Origin: Kudoa neothunni | Lineage: Eukaryota; Animalia; Cnidaria | Direction: 5' to 3' | Length of the DNA stretch: 64,000 bases | Assembly (NCBI GenBank): GCA_964304625.1 | Contig: OZ199840.1 | Span: 3,151,189 to 3,215,188, forward strand | Part shown: piece after piece, positions 46,020 to 59,766 of the stretch | Layout of the letters: every line of letters begins with the position of its first letter | Position numbering within the stretch: the first letter of the stretch is position 1 | Made by a program: the position numbers and the translations under genes | The notes under the pieces: generated by a model | What the model was told of the DNA's origin: nothing | The model's database searches: none | Seen by the model: only the letters and a program-made list of their open reading frames with translations

Positions 46020-47990
46020 AGTGTCTTATTTTTAATATTATTAGTACAAACTACTAATTTTCTTAACTTGTTTGGTTCAAGTCTATATCTAGACTTGGAT
46101 AAAATTTTTCCAGCGTATGAAAACGCCCGTTCTGACATTGAGCTGGATGCTGGTCGGCTGTACACGTTAGTTGCGATTATTCTAAGATTTTCTTTCTTTG
46201 AGTTTTCCCAATAAATGAGCGGATTTTCGTAAACCTGGTTGACTTTTTTTTGGATGTACAGTTGAATTTCTGATTGAAAATCTTCACATTCACTATCCAG
46301 TTCATAACATACTGAGTGGTTTTTCGAAGGTTCCGGGCTCTTTGGGATTAATTCTAAATTTTTTTAAATGTTTGTTACAAGCAAAGATATACCATAAAAT
46401 TTAATTTTTTTAAAATTTGGGTGGACAAAAGCTGCGATTTTTATGGTTGATATAAATATATTGCGTGTATTCTTCGTCCAATAAACTTTCGAAGTGCATA
46501 CAATAATTGCCCATAAGAGTTTCACGTTTTTTTTGAATCATTGCTTTGATACGATAATATAAAAAAACGAAACTTAAACGAATTACAGAATGTGACGATG
46601 GTCCTCTTCACCTGCTCCAACTGATCGAAGAAATCAGAAAATACTTTGAAAAATTCAGCAACAACTACGCATTCGTTCTTGTCCAATTCATCGAAGTATT
46701 TTTTAGCCAGATTATTTTCTAGCACACCCTCCAAACTATCGAAACACGCCACTAACATCCTATATCGATCGCTGAGACCTCTCCATGGTCGCATAGCTGA
46801 GCTCCATTATATTTTCATTTGTAATTTTGACTGTAAATCTCCGTTTTATTAACAGATCCGCACAGTTTTCCAACATTCACCCTTAGTATGGATAAATCGA
46901 AATTAGATATTATAGCGAAAGTAAAATTTATTTATAAATTCATTAGTGATAAAAAAATGTAATCATATATATTAAAATACATACATATAAATTATTTAAA
47001 TTTAGATTAAAACAGTTTTATTTTGATTTACCAAATGGAATTATGAGAGATTAAGAGCGTATCGTTAAGTATATCACTCTTACATTTATTCGTTCACCAC
47101 ACATTTTTATATCAATTTAATACATTAAAATACCTTGAGATATAATAGTGTGAAGGTGGTGAGCAGTATATCTAGTTGTGTTGAATTCTCTTAGACCTAA
47201 TAGATTGTTTGTTTGCGGAGTCACAAACAATTCTTAGATTAATTTGCTTAGTGAAAATTTGGTACAAAATTCCGTGCAGATTTTATTTATATTTTCTGCA
47301 ATGTGTTTATAGAAAAATAGATCATATCATATTGGAAATGTTGAAGGGTGACATTTTTAACTAACAACACTCTGATATATCAATAAATGAGTTGATTTTA
47401 GCATTATCAGTCCAAATATCAACGGTTAGGCACTTACTATTGTGATTGATTGTTTTAATTAATTTTTTCATTTTTAAATACATGCGCTCATACTCATTAA
47501 TGATTATTTTTTTAACGCATTTTTTGGATAAAATCTTAAACCTAGCACTAGGTTCATTAAACTTTTTTCCTAAGTTAGATGCAAAGTTAATCATCTCTGC
47601 GAACGGGGGAGATTATTTCAGCTACAAAAATTAGCAATTTTAGTGTCAAACATTACCCGATCTGATACGCTTAAATTAACAATGGAGAGAGGTGTGAAAC
47701 AAATAATTCACTAACTTTATATCTTTATTTGTTTGAATATGTAACTTATTATGATTAATAAGTTTCCTATTCCCGTAGGGCGACTTACGCGGGAATGCTT
47801 TGTTGCATTTTGTGCAAACAATAAAATCAATTTGGGGTGTTTCATCCCCGTCTTTAGTAAAGATGGAACAGAAATTGTACCATTCTTTAGAAACGCGTTG
47901 TAGATTTTTTGCAAGAGAAAAGAATACCAGCTTTCAAAGCCTCTTCAACACTTTCCACATTCCAGTTTGACATAATGTAACTAAAAGAGG
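46020..47990 (-). mobile_element. Decayed hAT-superfamily transposase
   Basis: CLTVDIWTD (first catalytic Asp) and C-terminal VYSRPASSSMSERAFSYAGKILSKSRYRLEP dimerisation motif; CxxC near the 5' end suggests a BED finger. Many stops and frameshifts; TIRs not identified. Confidence 0.82.
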
Positions 47991-49237
47991 ACACGAATCA
48001 CGAACGAACGGGCATTGTCTGCTCGACTAGGAGATTGTGAAAGATTAAATGAATGGTATGAATGAAAATAAGGACGTTATGTAATCAACTATGAAGGATA
48101 CCACGTAGGAAGAGGTAAAAATAGCACCTATTTTGGTTTCATCGAAAGAAGAAATTGATTGTGTGCAAAATTACAAGCACTTACCAAAGCTAACTATTCT
48201 TGTGTACATACGAATATAATTTCATAAATTTTACCGAATTTATTAACGTGGCTTATATAAACCGTGACATAATTTTAAACAAATAATAAAAATCGTTTTT
48301 TTTGTCAGTCCCGGTCCCGGAGGATTGCTTAAAATCGATTACCCACTGTATTACATTTGTATAATTTTTTTGTAATATTTAAATAATTATTATTACATTT
48401 TTTAATTCGAATTGGCTATTCCTTTACATAAAAATGGTATGCTCAAGCAGGAATAAATAATAGCTTCAACCATTGAGTGTTAAATCATGAAGCGGGAAAA
48501 GATATTTTTTTTCTTTTCAATTGTGCATAGGAAATTAACAAGTTGAAATATCATTCAAAATAATAAAAAGTATAATTTAAAAACTTTTATACTGGTATTA
48601 TTATTCTCAAATTTAAATAATAGGTGTAATTTCACCTGCAGTAAAAGTCCGATCTAACAAATAGAGAAGGTCGAATTAGACATTTGCATCGTTGGGGATG
48701 CACTAACAGGCTTGAAATTTCTGTAGAGTCAAATTCCTTATGGATAGGGTTTGGGTTGGTGGTTGCCCTGAAACGAAGATGTTTGGTGGGTTGAAATCCC
48801 ACACTACCGCAGAAAGATAAGGAGCGAGAGATAAATTCTACCCGTTCTGCGGCGCCTACAGCGTTAATGGAGATGGTCTAACCAACCCATAACTCCACAA
48901 CCTGATAAGCTGTGCCAGAGGTTTTTATCCTGTAAACAAAAGAAATTATCTTTTATCGGAAAAAAACCCAAGCGAAAGCCATTAACGAGAAAAACTGCTT
49001 CGACAATTTACAATATCACTGAGACACAAATAAACGTCTTCTGATGAAAATTTTTTTCGAACAAAATATAATAACCAACCAACTAAATCTAAATAGATGA
49101 CCGAAAATAAGTAAAATAGAATGGTAGCTTTAAAGAATAGACAGCATCTCAACAGAACCAAAATATACAAAATAATCCTATACAATAGGAAATCTATCAT
49201 AGTTGGCTATACGGGACAGGAGCCGCTAAAACAATGC

Positions 49238-49846
49238 CTAATATAGGGCACTGAATCGGGGACCGTTCTTCGTCCTTTTCAGATTATTGATCGGGTTGGT
49301 TCTCGCTATTTTGTCACCGAATAAATTTTTTCTAATAAATTCTTCTACAGAACGCTTCGAGCTTTTCGAATTGGAACTTTTGGCTTTGGAGACTTTCTTT
49401 AGAGTGGTGTGGGGTTGAAAGATCGCGAGTGGAGGAAATTTCATCGTCTGAGTCAAATTTTATATGTGATCTAACTTTGACGTTGCCGCGACCAGAAGAA
49501 AACGCATCACTTTTGAGTGTTGTGGAAGTGTCAGTGACGAGTAGTGCATCTTTGATCACATCCAGCGGCAGTTTTGAACGTTTCTAGTCACCAAATTGAA
49601 AATTAAGTCGAAATTGCATACAAATTAATAGTATAAATTAGAATGTATAATTTAAAAAAATACAATTAAAATAAACATTTTTGTTATTTTAGCATTAATC
49701 GGTTACTTTTTTTGAATTCAGTTTCTTAGAAGACTTGATTGCACTTTGTTGCTGAGCTAAATCTTCTTCATATTTTAATTTTTTGCGAATAATTGCTGGA
49801 TTTCGATCGGTTGATCGTCAATGTCGCTAACATCAGCAGAATCCAT
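49238..49846 (-). CDS. NOL7: NOL7-like nucleolar protein (NUC129 domain); apparent frameshifts
   Basis: MDSADVSDIDDQPIEI (cf. DDEAPEE), KRSKLPLDVIKDAL (cf. KRKLLPDTILEKL) and SVEEFIRKNLFGDKIART (cf. AQAFIHNSLYGPGTNRT), in the correct order; needs homopolymer corrections. Confidence 0.6.
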
Positions 49847-49879
49847 GTTAGAGTTGCGCACGCTATATTGACACTAGTC

Positions 49880-50402
49880 ATGTTTACCTCAATACTACTT
49901 CGTTTGATGCTTTTTTTGTCAGTTATTTTTATGGCAAATTCATGCTACAGTTGTATCAATTGTAAATGGAGTTATTTTGATAACTTTAAATAACAATGGT
50001 TGCCTAGATAAATGGTTCATAGAAACCCACGGAAAGTACGATTTTAGAGTTTTTGCCATTAGATGTGAGTTTATTTATTATGTGGATATATCTTTTTAAT
50101 ATTTACTAATTATGATTATTGTCGTTAGATTGTTTTAACTTTGGTGATATCGAGTTTTTCTACTTTGGCCTGTTTGGTCGGTCTTCTTCCCCCTTTCAAG
50201 CCTATTTTGGTTACAGACAATGGACCATTTCAGTAGTTATAGAAGAGCAGACAATTTATTAATCACATTTATGACCGTTTTATATAATTTAGAACATGGG
50301 AAGAGTTTGAAAAGTGATGTGGGATTCATGCCGATTCATGTCCCCTCAATGGATAAATCTGTAATCGATGAGATCGCTGACGAAAACGTCGACAACAAAT
50401 AA
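49880..50402 (+). CDS. MMGT1: ER membrane protein complex subunit 5 / MMGT1, 4 exons; two apparent +1 frameshifts
   Basis: Reconstructed MFTSILLRLMLFLSVIFMANSCYSCINYKWFIETHGKYDLEFLPLDIVLTLVISSFSTLACLVGLLPPFKPI...TWEEFESDVGFMPIH: two hydrophobic helices and the hallmark LPxDIV motif. Confidence 0.7.
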
Positions 50403-50857
50403 ATAACACCATTAGTTTTGAGCGATTTGCTTTAGTGTTTTTTAAATTTTGATTGTATGTATGGATATGTGTTAGTTTTTTTTGGTGGAACAGTTGACTT
50501 TCTATGGTACCGAGTTAAAAAAATTGAGTGATTACAGTTTAGTTGAGCATTGTGGAATTATATTCCAGCTGATTTTTGATATCATTTTCGATAAATAAGC
50601 TAGTGATGAAAAAATGGCTAAAAATAGTTGTGGAATGACCCCCTTTTAACTTTTAAGTTGTTTTTCTTCACGTTCATCTGTTTGAAGGATTGACTGTTTG
50701 TAAACTTTTTTGCGAATTACTAAATGAATGAAAATGGAAAAGGACAGTAATAAAATATCCAATTGCTCACTTAAAACCAACCTCAGAATGAATGGTTAAT
50801 CTATATTAAATACCAAAGATGAACGTTAGTATTCAATATCGGCTATTGAGTCAAATA

Positions 50858-53547
50858 ATGCCTCGTGACCAACGAAGTACTCAATACAACTCCACTCTCA
50901 CTTTAACTGACGGCAAAAATCCAATTTTAGCAGTTATCTGATGGTTGATAGTAAAAAATTGTTGAAAAAAAAATCCACAGATATATCTAATGAAAGATGT
51001 AGATTTTGTTGTTTTATAAATTAACTCATTTAATGGCCACAAAAACAGCAAGTGTAGACTATGAGGAAGATTCCGAATTCAAAAAGCGATCAAGGAAAAA
51101 CTTTCCGTGCATTAGAAAAAAGAATACCGACAAGGAAAATAAACCCATTGACAGGGATGACTCATTCACATTCGAAGAAGGTAATGATGTGATTGTTAGA
51201 TGACATTTTTATGCACATTCTAATATATTTTCGTTTAGCATTGGGTACAATGAGCCGTGTTTCATCTGAAAAATTTAGACGACTAAGTATATCAACACAC
51301 GATATAAGCATAAGCAAAAGAGAGTGGATAATAAATGTTGAAATTTTAGAAAAAGTCACTAGTGCTGCAACCAGTACTTCATCAAGGTCTTCAATTTTTA
51401 GGAAAGGAGCTTTTGAGAGAAGTAAATTTTCTAACACAAAAAAACTAATGCAATTTAACCAAAAAGTTACGTGTTGCTTGAATTTGATTTTATGTTTAAG
51501 GTGGAAACGAAAATATAAAAAATATTCTAACCAAAGTAACCCCTTATTTGCCACTGACCTTATAATGGGAAAATCAACTGTAGCTTTCTAATGAAGGCAA
51601 CGCAGAAAGAAAAAGTTATGTTCTATCGGACGAGTTGTATGAGGTGAAACAAATTGTTAATGTAAAAAACAGAGGAGATACAATATTGAGAAGAGAACGT
51701 ATGTCATTTGTTTGTAGGGTTATTTCAATAAGCTAATTTGTTCTTGTTGTGTAGAGAGCATGGGTGAAATGCAAAAAATTAAGTTTGGCTCCAAACTACG
51801 CAGTTCAGCCAGTGTCTTAAGTAATTCGAACAATTATCAATATTATATAAGATATATAAATATATATAAATAGATTCGATTAATTCATACGATAGTAAAG
51901 AACAATATCTAGAAAATGGAAGTGAACTTAACTCGATAGATGAGAATACTGACGGTATTTGTGGCTAAAAGAATCGTAAACTATGACTTTATATTCATTT
52001 TGAAGGTCTTTCAAATATTACCAGCAAGCTGGAGTCGTTCAAAAACTTTGTCGATTACAAAAATGCAATTATCTCTCGATCGACTAGTTCACTCGCAACC
52101 AGAAAGATACCCGTCGAATCTAAAACACTCAAAAAACTTTCTAATGTACGCAATTATATATCGTTATTCGAGGAGAGTAGCACGATCGGAGAGGAATACA
52201 CGAAATCGGAAGTAATTGAATTCTTTTAATTTTTTTTGCATCCATAATGTTTTCCGTGATAGACATTTTACGATAAAAACAAATGTAAACGACATATGAC
52301 CCTGAAAAAGAACGTAAAGTGTAATTTATTGGATTTATGTTGCTAAAATTATTTTAATTTTTTTTTCACAGCGGACAAACAAGAGTTTGTGGTATTTATG
52401 CTAATGAGTTCTTCAATGATTTATGATTAAGTTTAATAAAAACGAAAATAACAAAGATAAACGACGATTTATGTGGCATGTGATGAATGGCGAGTTTAAC
52501 TTGTTGGATGACTATTCGGTGAGAAGATTCTTGGATGAGAAAGACGATTTTTTTGTAGATTTTGAGTGGGGTTGCATTTTCGACTATATTTAAATTTAGG
52601 GGGTACATTTTAATTGTTCAGATTTCCTTATATCAATATAGATGGTAATTTTTTGTTTTTTACGTCGGTTAATTTTTACCGTGTTTAGTCTCCTCTCCAC
52701 TGGGCTGTCAAATATAACGATCTGGATTTTATCAAGAAACTAATTGGCTATAAAGTTGACGCCAATGTCACCGATGTATCTATACCTTTGTGTCCATAGA
52801 TAATAATTTATTTTATTTAGATAGTAAGATTTTATGAGGTTTTAATTTCTAATTCATTTTAGCACGTAACATATCACTCTGTTAAAATAAATTTAATGTT
52901 CAATGTGTATTATTTCTTAAGGGAAAAACGCCATTACATTTTGCCGTCTATCCTCAAAAGAGAGAAGCCATGCTCACTCTAGCCAAATATTGCAGTATAT
53001 CTTTTAATTAATATTTTCACGCATCATGCCGCTTGGTTCGCCTAGATGAGACTTTACACAGCCGTGATCATGACTTTTTGACACCTTTCGATATTTATGC
53101 CACTCTTCATACAAATATTGACTACGGTAATTTTTCTTTTTCAGCCATTTATTTAAAAATTATTGGAATGTTTTAATTTTAATATTTGAGTTTTTTGATA
53201 TTTGGTTAATTTTATAGATATAAATTTAAATTGAATTAAATTAAATTTTTAATGATTGAACCAATAATAGGTTTATTTTTGTTATTTTCTCCACATCAAA
53301 GTTTTGATATGAAATATCTTTGTAAATTTTATCATTGAATAATCATTTTATAGCGCTGCAAACCATTCTGAAGAACTCATCCAGCATTTCTTCTGACGTC
53401 GATACTAACGCTCCCAACCCTCCTGCCCCTCCGCCAAGAAAGTTAGTTGATCTCACCTTACGATCTAAAAAATCACTTCGTAGTAAAGACAAAGATAACA
53501 ACAAATACCTATCAAATATGCAAAAAAATCAAGCTATCAATGGCTAA
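50858..53547 (+). CDS. Ankyrin-repeat protein with basic/Ser-rich N-terminus and Pro-rich tail
   Basis: Exons encode SPLHWAVKYNDLDFIKKLIGYKVDANVTD, GKTPLHFAV and RDHDFLTPFD (ankyrin consensus), ending in PNPPAPPPRK...ING*. 5' exon structure and start uncertain. Confidence 0.6.
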
Positions 53548-54058
53548 TACAAAAATTAGCGGCTTTTATCTTTTCTATTTTACCTAATATGGAAATAATC
53601 GTTGTACACCTTTTTTGTGTTATTGGAATGTTTTTCCCCGAAATAAAAATGCAATATTTATTAATTTTTTAATAATGATAGAGTTTATAAATTAGTATCC
53701 ATGTCGATTAATTATAAAAATTCCACAGGGCGAAGTGCAAAATGAGTGATTCACCCCAAATATTGAATTAAAATAATAAGAGTATCCATTTTCAGTTTTA
53801 TAAATTAGGTGGTAATATTAGGATTTCTATAGCTAATTATTTTTTTAACAATATCGAATCGTCACTGGTATGTGAACCTATACCAACGCCTCACAACCTA
53901 AATTAAACTTGTACCCTCTTTATATGACCATGTGAATTTCACTTTTAATATTTATTTGCCATTTTGTTTAAATTATAATCGATTTCTTAGTCCATCATGA
54001 TCTAATTATGACAAATAACTTTGAAAATATCAATACAATTGGCTGAGGACTTCAGGTA

Positions 54059-55170
54059 CAGCGCAACCTCGGAGTTCGACCAAAAATTTTGAGTCGGAAA
54101 CACTTTTGAGTTTGAAGAAATAGAAAGGGTATTCAGAGCAAGTAGAGTTAGAGCAAAAACTGAGAAGAAAAGAAATTTTAGAAGGAGATTCGCTTAATCA
54201 AATTGCGCGAACCTTATCGAAAGAAAACCCTTTATAATCTATCTATCGTATGGTGACCAAAAAATAATTACCGTAGGCAACCGATAATACGAACTAAAAA
54301 TGCTTGCGCGGTTATATTTGTTTGTGTTATCTTTATTTTTCAGCATAGGTATTGCATCTAATATTTAAATTGAATAAAAAATAAACATTATTAAGATTAT
54401 TTTGCTGAAAAATAATTCGCAATTTTTGTTTTAATCATATTTAATGATAAAATATTTATATCATTTAACACTGGGATCAAATTTAATGAATGGTCAATTC
54501 TAAAAAATTAAAAATATTATTTTATTTCTAATTCATTTTTTGGCGCAATATGAATTTTTTTATATTTTTACCATAAAATCTTTATCTATGTGTATGTATA
54601 ACATTCTTTAATTGGCCACCTACATCGTCTTGAAATAAAATTTATTCAATTTCCATTTTCATGGAATGTTCATTTTTTGATAGATATCCTAAAAAATTGT
54701 TTTCTAATAGTTCCAAAATTCAACCTTCAGATTTAAAATTGTTCTCTCGTTTCCAATAAAAACAATTTAATCTACGAGGTTTGGCCGAAAAAGTGCATAT
54801 TATCGGTTGCCTACTGTATCCCATGTAACATGTGGATTTTAAGGGTTGTAATCCATCAATCATACGTACGTCGAGAGTAGAGCGACACGGCAACATTGCC
54901 TTTTAATGCTAATAACGCCGGTTAGAATCCCAATTGGGAGCCTGTTTTACATCATATATCTCACTTTGTTTTTATTACATTTAATGTTTATTTGTTATAT
55001 ATTATAAACACACGGCTTGTTTATTTTTTAATAAATATGAATAAAAATGGTCATTTATTAGATGAGTGGAACGGATTAAATTAATTTTCATTATTTTACA
55101 CGGGAAAAATTGATTCGGAGTTCGAACACACTTCTAGAACGGGTTATGGTCGAAGTTCGAGGTTGCACTT
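54059..55170. mobile_element. Non-autonomous Tc1/pogo-type element (host of a nested MITE)
   Basis: TA|CAGCGCAACCTCGGAGTTCGACC at left and GGTCGAAGTTCGAGGTTGCACTT at right are inverted repeats. Confidence 0.65.
54271..54816. mobile_element. Tc1/mariner-type MITE nested in the 54059 element
   Basis: TA|CCGTAGGCAACCGATAAT ... ATTATCGGTTGCCTACTG|TA: 18-bp TIR with one mismatch and TA duplication. Confidence 0.8.
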
Positions 55171-55899
55171 CAATTATAAAACTTGCGATACCGGAAAACA
55201 TTTTTTTCACCGATTTCTTCACGAATCTTTTTAATATAATAAATAAATACGAAACTAAAATATTTATCCAAAAGAAATAATTTCAAAATTTTAATCAAGT
55301 CCCTCTTCGAAAAAATTGTTCACATGTGTAATCTCACTTAAATATAGAGAAACTTGTGAACTTCTTTTTTCTTCGCAGATTTTATCATAGTTAATTAAAA
55401 TATTTTTTGTAAGAAACGTGCATATTTACTTTTGTTGAGTTTTGTTTACAGCGTACTACTCCAAAATGAAGTTTTTCAGTTTTAAAGGTGATGATGACTT
55501 TTTTTGCTTGTTAATAATTATGAACAATTGTTTCATATATTTTTTTATATGGGCATCTCTGCGTAGTTCCAGTTCGTTGTGAAAATTGCAGAAATTTTTA
55601 TTGATTCGTCCTAAGAAAGCAGAAATAAGTGTTATCGCGCAAATAATTGAACAGTTAGCGTAAAATAGAAATAATGTGTATTATGTTTTCACATACTTAA
55701 GTAAAACGTAATGGTAAACATCAAGCTACTGCTTTTAAAAACAGTAGGCGTACAACTAATTTTTCTCTCCCAAACGAAACCTTGTTTAAACTTTATTATA
55801 AGTATTATGTGTCGTACTTAACCTGAAAATTAGTATTTAAAATATGCTATCAGTAGCGCATGAACGAGACCATTTTACCTATCACTAAAACGGGAGAAA

Positions 55900-57560
55900 T
55901 TAGGAATGCCACAATCATCAACATGGTTCAAAAAACGAAAGCTCTAAAATATAATCTTGCGAAAAAACAAGTAAACTTAATGCGGATGGTTTTAGCACTG
56001 AAGTTGATGAATGCTTTTCTGCGGAAAAGGAAAAATCATCGGGTAGCTATCTAAAGGAGACGTATGGTTACCACCCTTGAATAAAGAATTTTTAAAGTCA
56101 GTTATTATAACACAACTTGAACCCTCTAACGAACATGGGGTCTTATGGACCCCAAAGTAGGTTTAAATTGATTGTAATATGTTACTTATCCTTTCAAAAC
56201 ACGTGAAATTCATGATATTTACATGAAATTACGATATTTACAACCTACTAAATTTCGCATTATAAAAAAATTACATTTCAACAAACTTGGGGGTTTTCGG
56301 ACCCCAGGTTTTTATTTTACGATAATTAGTAAAAAATATTTCAAAATGCCACACAAAGTTTCGGAAATTTCTACCGGCTGAATTTTGAGAAAAAGATGAT
56401 TCATTGGGCAAGTTAATCCATCCGAAGTCAAATCGGCAAGCTAATATAACACTTCGTGCAAGCTCGCTGAACGATAAGTTCAGCATGATAGGTGTTGCAT
56501 GTTTAGAACGCAAATTATTCAGCTTTTAAACAATTTTGAATGTTGAAAATTAAACAGTATAATATTCATTATGTTTCTGCTAACCATTACTTGGTACCAA
56601 TCAAAGGATCAGAATGTAACTAAAACACCCAATTCATACCATTCTTAAGAAATCGAAACAATGGAATCAAAGTTTAAGAAAGTATTCTGCAAGTGTTTAA
56701 TCGCCAACATGATATATAATAAACACACGCTGCATTAGTTGTTCGGATATTTTGGTCGATTTAATTATTCGAGTAAGTATAATCAGTGTTCAAAATAAAA
56801 ATCTTTTGGCTTCGATATTCAAAATTTTTTTTCTTATATGTTTATTTCTCTCTCTATAATATGAAAGATTGTTGATTTATTTAAACGAAAATTTATGAAA
56901 CTATATAAACCTACCGAATTGGATTTTGTAGGATTAACTCGCTCAATGAATCACATTTTTCTCATGATTCTATCGGTAGAAATTCCTTAAAGTTCGTATG
57001 GCAATTGGAAATATTTTTTTCTATTAACTAACTTACAATAAAAATCTGGGGTTCAAAAGATCCCAAGTTCGTTGGAGTGTAGTGGTTTTTGATTACCTTA
57101 GAGGGATAATCTAATTGTTTACTTACCATATTTCTTGTATTTAATAGATTCCGAAGATGGAAATATTGGAAAATATTTTATTTTGGATATTGTCTTTTTT
57201 GATGAACCTTTCGTCAGTATTTTAGAAAGTCACTATTTTATTAAATAATTTAAAAATATACTGCGCTAAGACGAGAAAAATATGATGGAAAGGTTGACAG
57301 TTGCTAAATATTTTGAGTGGTTCAGTGTAAACTTGGCGATATGAGGAAAATGACTCTCGTAATGTTGGGGTATTTCTAAGTAGAGAGGCGGAATTCGACA
57401 ACGCTTCTATTCATCCTTGAGGGACAAATCCAAGAAGGTTCAGCCGTACCCAATGATAAATGACTCACCCATTATAATATAAGTGAGCTACGCTATGATT
57501 ATGTTAAGGCCAAAAGGATACGGTCGGAATAATGCTTACAAAAATATGATACAAATGGCA
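55900..57560 (+). pseudogene. Merlin (ISXO2/IS1595-like) transposase remnant interrupted by a MITE
   Basis: EVDECF-LRKRKNHR near 56000 matches Merlin VE(I/V)DES...KRKYxRG; degraded WKG...SVN-like segment at ~57285-57335. Confidence 0.5.
56122..57105. mobile_element. piggyBac-like MITE
   Basis: CCCTCTAA left end and TTAGAGGG right end with TTAA-like flanks (TGAA/ATAA); subterminal acgaacatggggtcttatggacccc repeated at ~56281 and inverted at ~57047-57072. Confidence 0.6.
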
Positions 57561-58610
57561 TGGGACGAAATGTAAAATTTCGCCATGTAATAAAGGAGAA
57601 TATCATTCTCAAATCTTGAGAATCCCAGATTGAAGAATGGTACCGAATTATTATGGTCTAAAATATTAATTATCTCATCGACATTTTAAAAATAATGTAT
57701 CATTATTTTAATTAGATTTTTATAAATCAATTTCAGAAAATATTCGTATTTTACTCTTTTTTCGATCTCCAAATTGTTGATATTAACCTAAATAGACAAA
57801 AATTTCCAATAACCAAATGTTAGTTATTTAAGAATTTATTAGATATATTAATTTTATCAACCCAACATTTTCCGAATCTCCTTGAAGCAAAATAAAAAAA
57901 ATTGTATAAATAATACAATGATTGTGAACGATCTTGGAAAATATATCAGACGAACAGTCTCTTTAAAAAATTATTACAAAAAATAAGTGATGTAAGAAGA
58001 ATTCTTCTTTTAAATTCGTTGAAATGGTGATTTTTAAAACAGATAAAGATTATGAGGACAAAAATTCCGTAAATCGTGTAGTCCACTTGTGACACTTAAA
58101 TCATTCTATATTCGTATTGTTAACAAAATATTACACCTTTTTAGATTCATTTATTAGAAAATGATTATAAAAATATATATTTTAACGTCTTAGCTTTATT
58201 AGATTAACTCAAATAAAGTAATTTTAAATAACAACTTAAGATATAAAAACTATCGGTATCTGATTTATCTACAAAAGATGATGAACCACTTATTTTTTAT
58301 TTTGACACTTACCATACTTTATTTATTGTTATATGACAAATATAATAATTAGTTATTTTTTATAAAGTATTACACGTATTAAACATTAACATTGAACATT
58401 TCACAATTTTTAAATTATTCACATTAGAATTTTCACACGAATTTAGTAATAAAGTTTTATCTACTAAAAATAAATATACCAAAAAATAATTAACTAAAAA
58501 TTAAATTTCCACATAATAAAAGAAAGTAAAAATTTACAATTCGCTAATTAAGATATGAATAAATAAAGTTGTTCAGTTTGTAAAATATATCCCTTATACG
58601 AATCATTTAA

Positions 58611-59766
58611 CTTTCCCTGTCCGGAGTGGGGTATGCGTGGACCCCAAATTCGAATAATTTGAACCTAATTTTCGATAGACAAATCTAAACCATCTGTAAA
58701 TTTCTGAATTCCTCTAAATCCGTACAACACTTGTAATGACATAAAAGCAGTTCATTTTAAAGAATTATTATTAGCTAATTTTAATGATTTTTGTGCCTTT
58801 AGAGACAAAAATATGTTTCGTCTTTAAGGAAAACACATATGTACCGAAAAAATTTATTTTTCTCGTATAGTTGTAGATTTAAAGGTTTAGAATGTAATAT
58901 ATAATTGAATAATTGATGAAACTTCGCATATTATAGAAATTTTCTGCGGATTACCGAGTCTTAATCCCAAAATATCTTCTCTAATTTCATATTTACTTCT
59001 CGTTACTATAAGCTTGTCGCTAGAAGGATGTAAGTAATTCTTCCGCTAAAGCTTTAATTTTAATAATTTATAAGGAGAATCAATGAAGTTGATTAAATAT
59101 AGTGGAATATTTTTTGTTTTACCTAACTTTGTAATTATGAAAATCCACTTCTAATATTATTAAATTAAAAGGGAAAAAATTCTTAAACAGAACAATACAA
59201 TGAAAATTTAAAATTATATAACAGAAATAACACAACAAATCTAGTTTTCTAATTACAAATTAGGCCTGGAAAAAAAACGTATAAATCAAATTTCAAGAGT
59301 TAATTTGAACTTTGCCTTTTATATGAGCCTTAAAAAATTATGTTAAATTACAAATTAGAGACAAGAAATCTTTATTTATTTTAACCCGTTTTTTTGTTAA
59401 TCGGTTGTTTCCGATTTTGTATGATCATGCTGCCGCTATTGCTGTCCGCTAGGATCAATTTTACTTATGAATTATTCTTTTGAAATTGATTTCATTTTGC
59501 AACTTACTTTGTTTTCAGATAAAATATGTTCCATTTTAATTTTTTGTACCATTAAATTCTTTCTTAATTTTAATTAACCGATATTTGTGCATTATGCGAC
59601 TCTGTTTTGAAGCTTACTGATGTTCCATAATAAATGTAATTGCTTATGCATAACATCTTATAAATAGTTGAAAAATTGTTTAAAAACATGGCACTAAGAA
59701 ACTGAAAACCATTAAGACAGTTTTTTTGGTGGGACCCGGACAGATCCCACCGGAACGGGAAGAATT
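58611..59766. mobile_element. MITE-like element with GC-rich imperfect TIRs
   Basis: TTAA-ctttccctgtccggagtggggtatgcgtggacccc versus the reverse complement of tgggacccggacagatcccaccggaacgggaagaa. Confidence 0.45.

Noticed and set aside
48745-48770. Telomeric repeat or telomerase template
   Set aside because: Only one imperfect TAGGGTT unit; no tandem array and no full CTAACCCT template.
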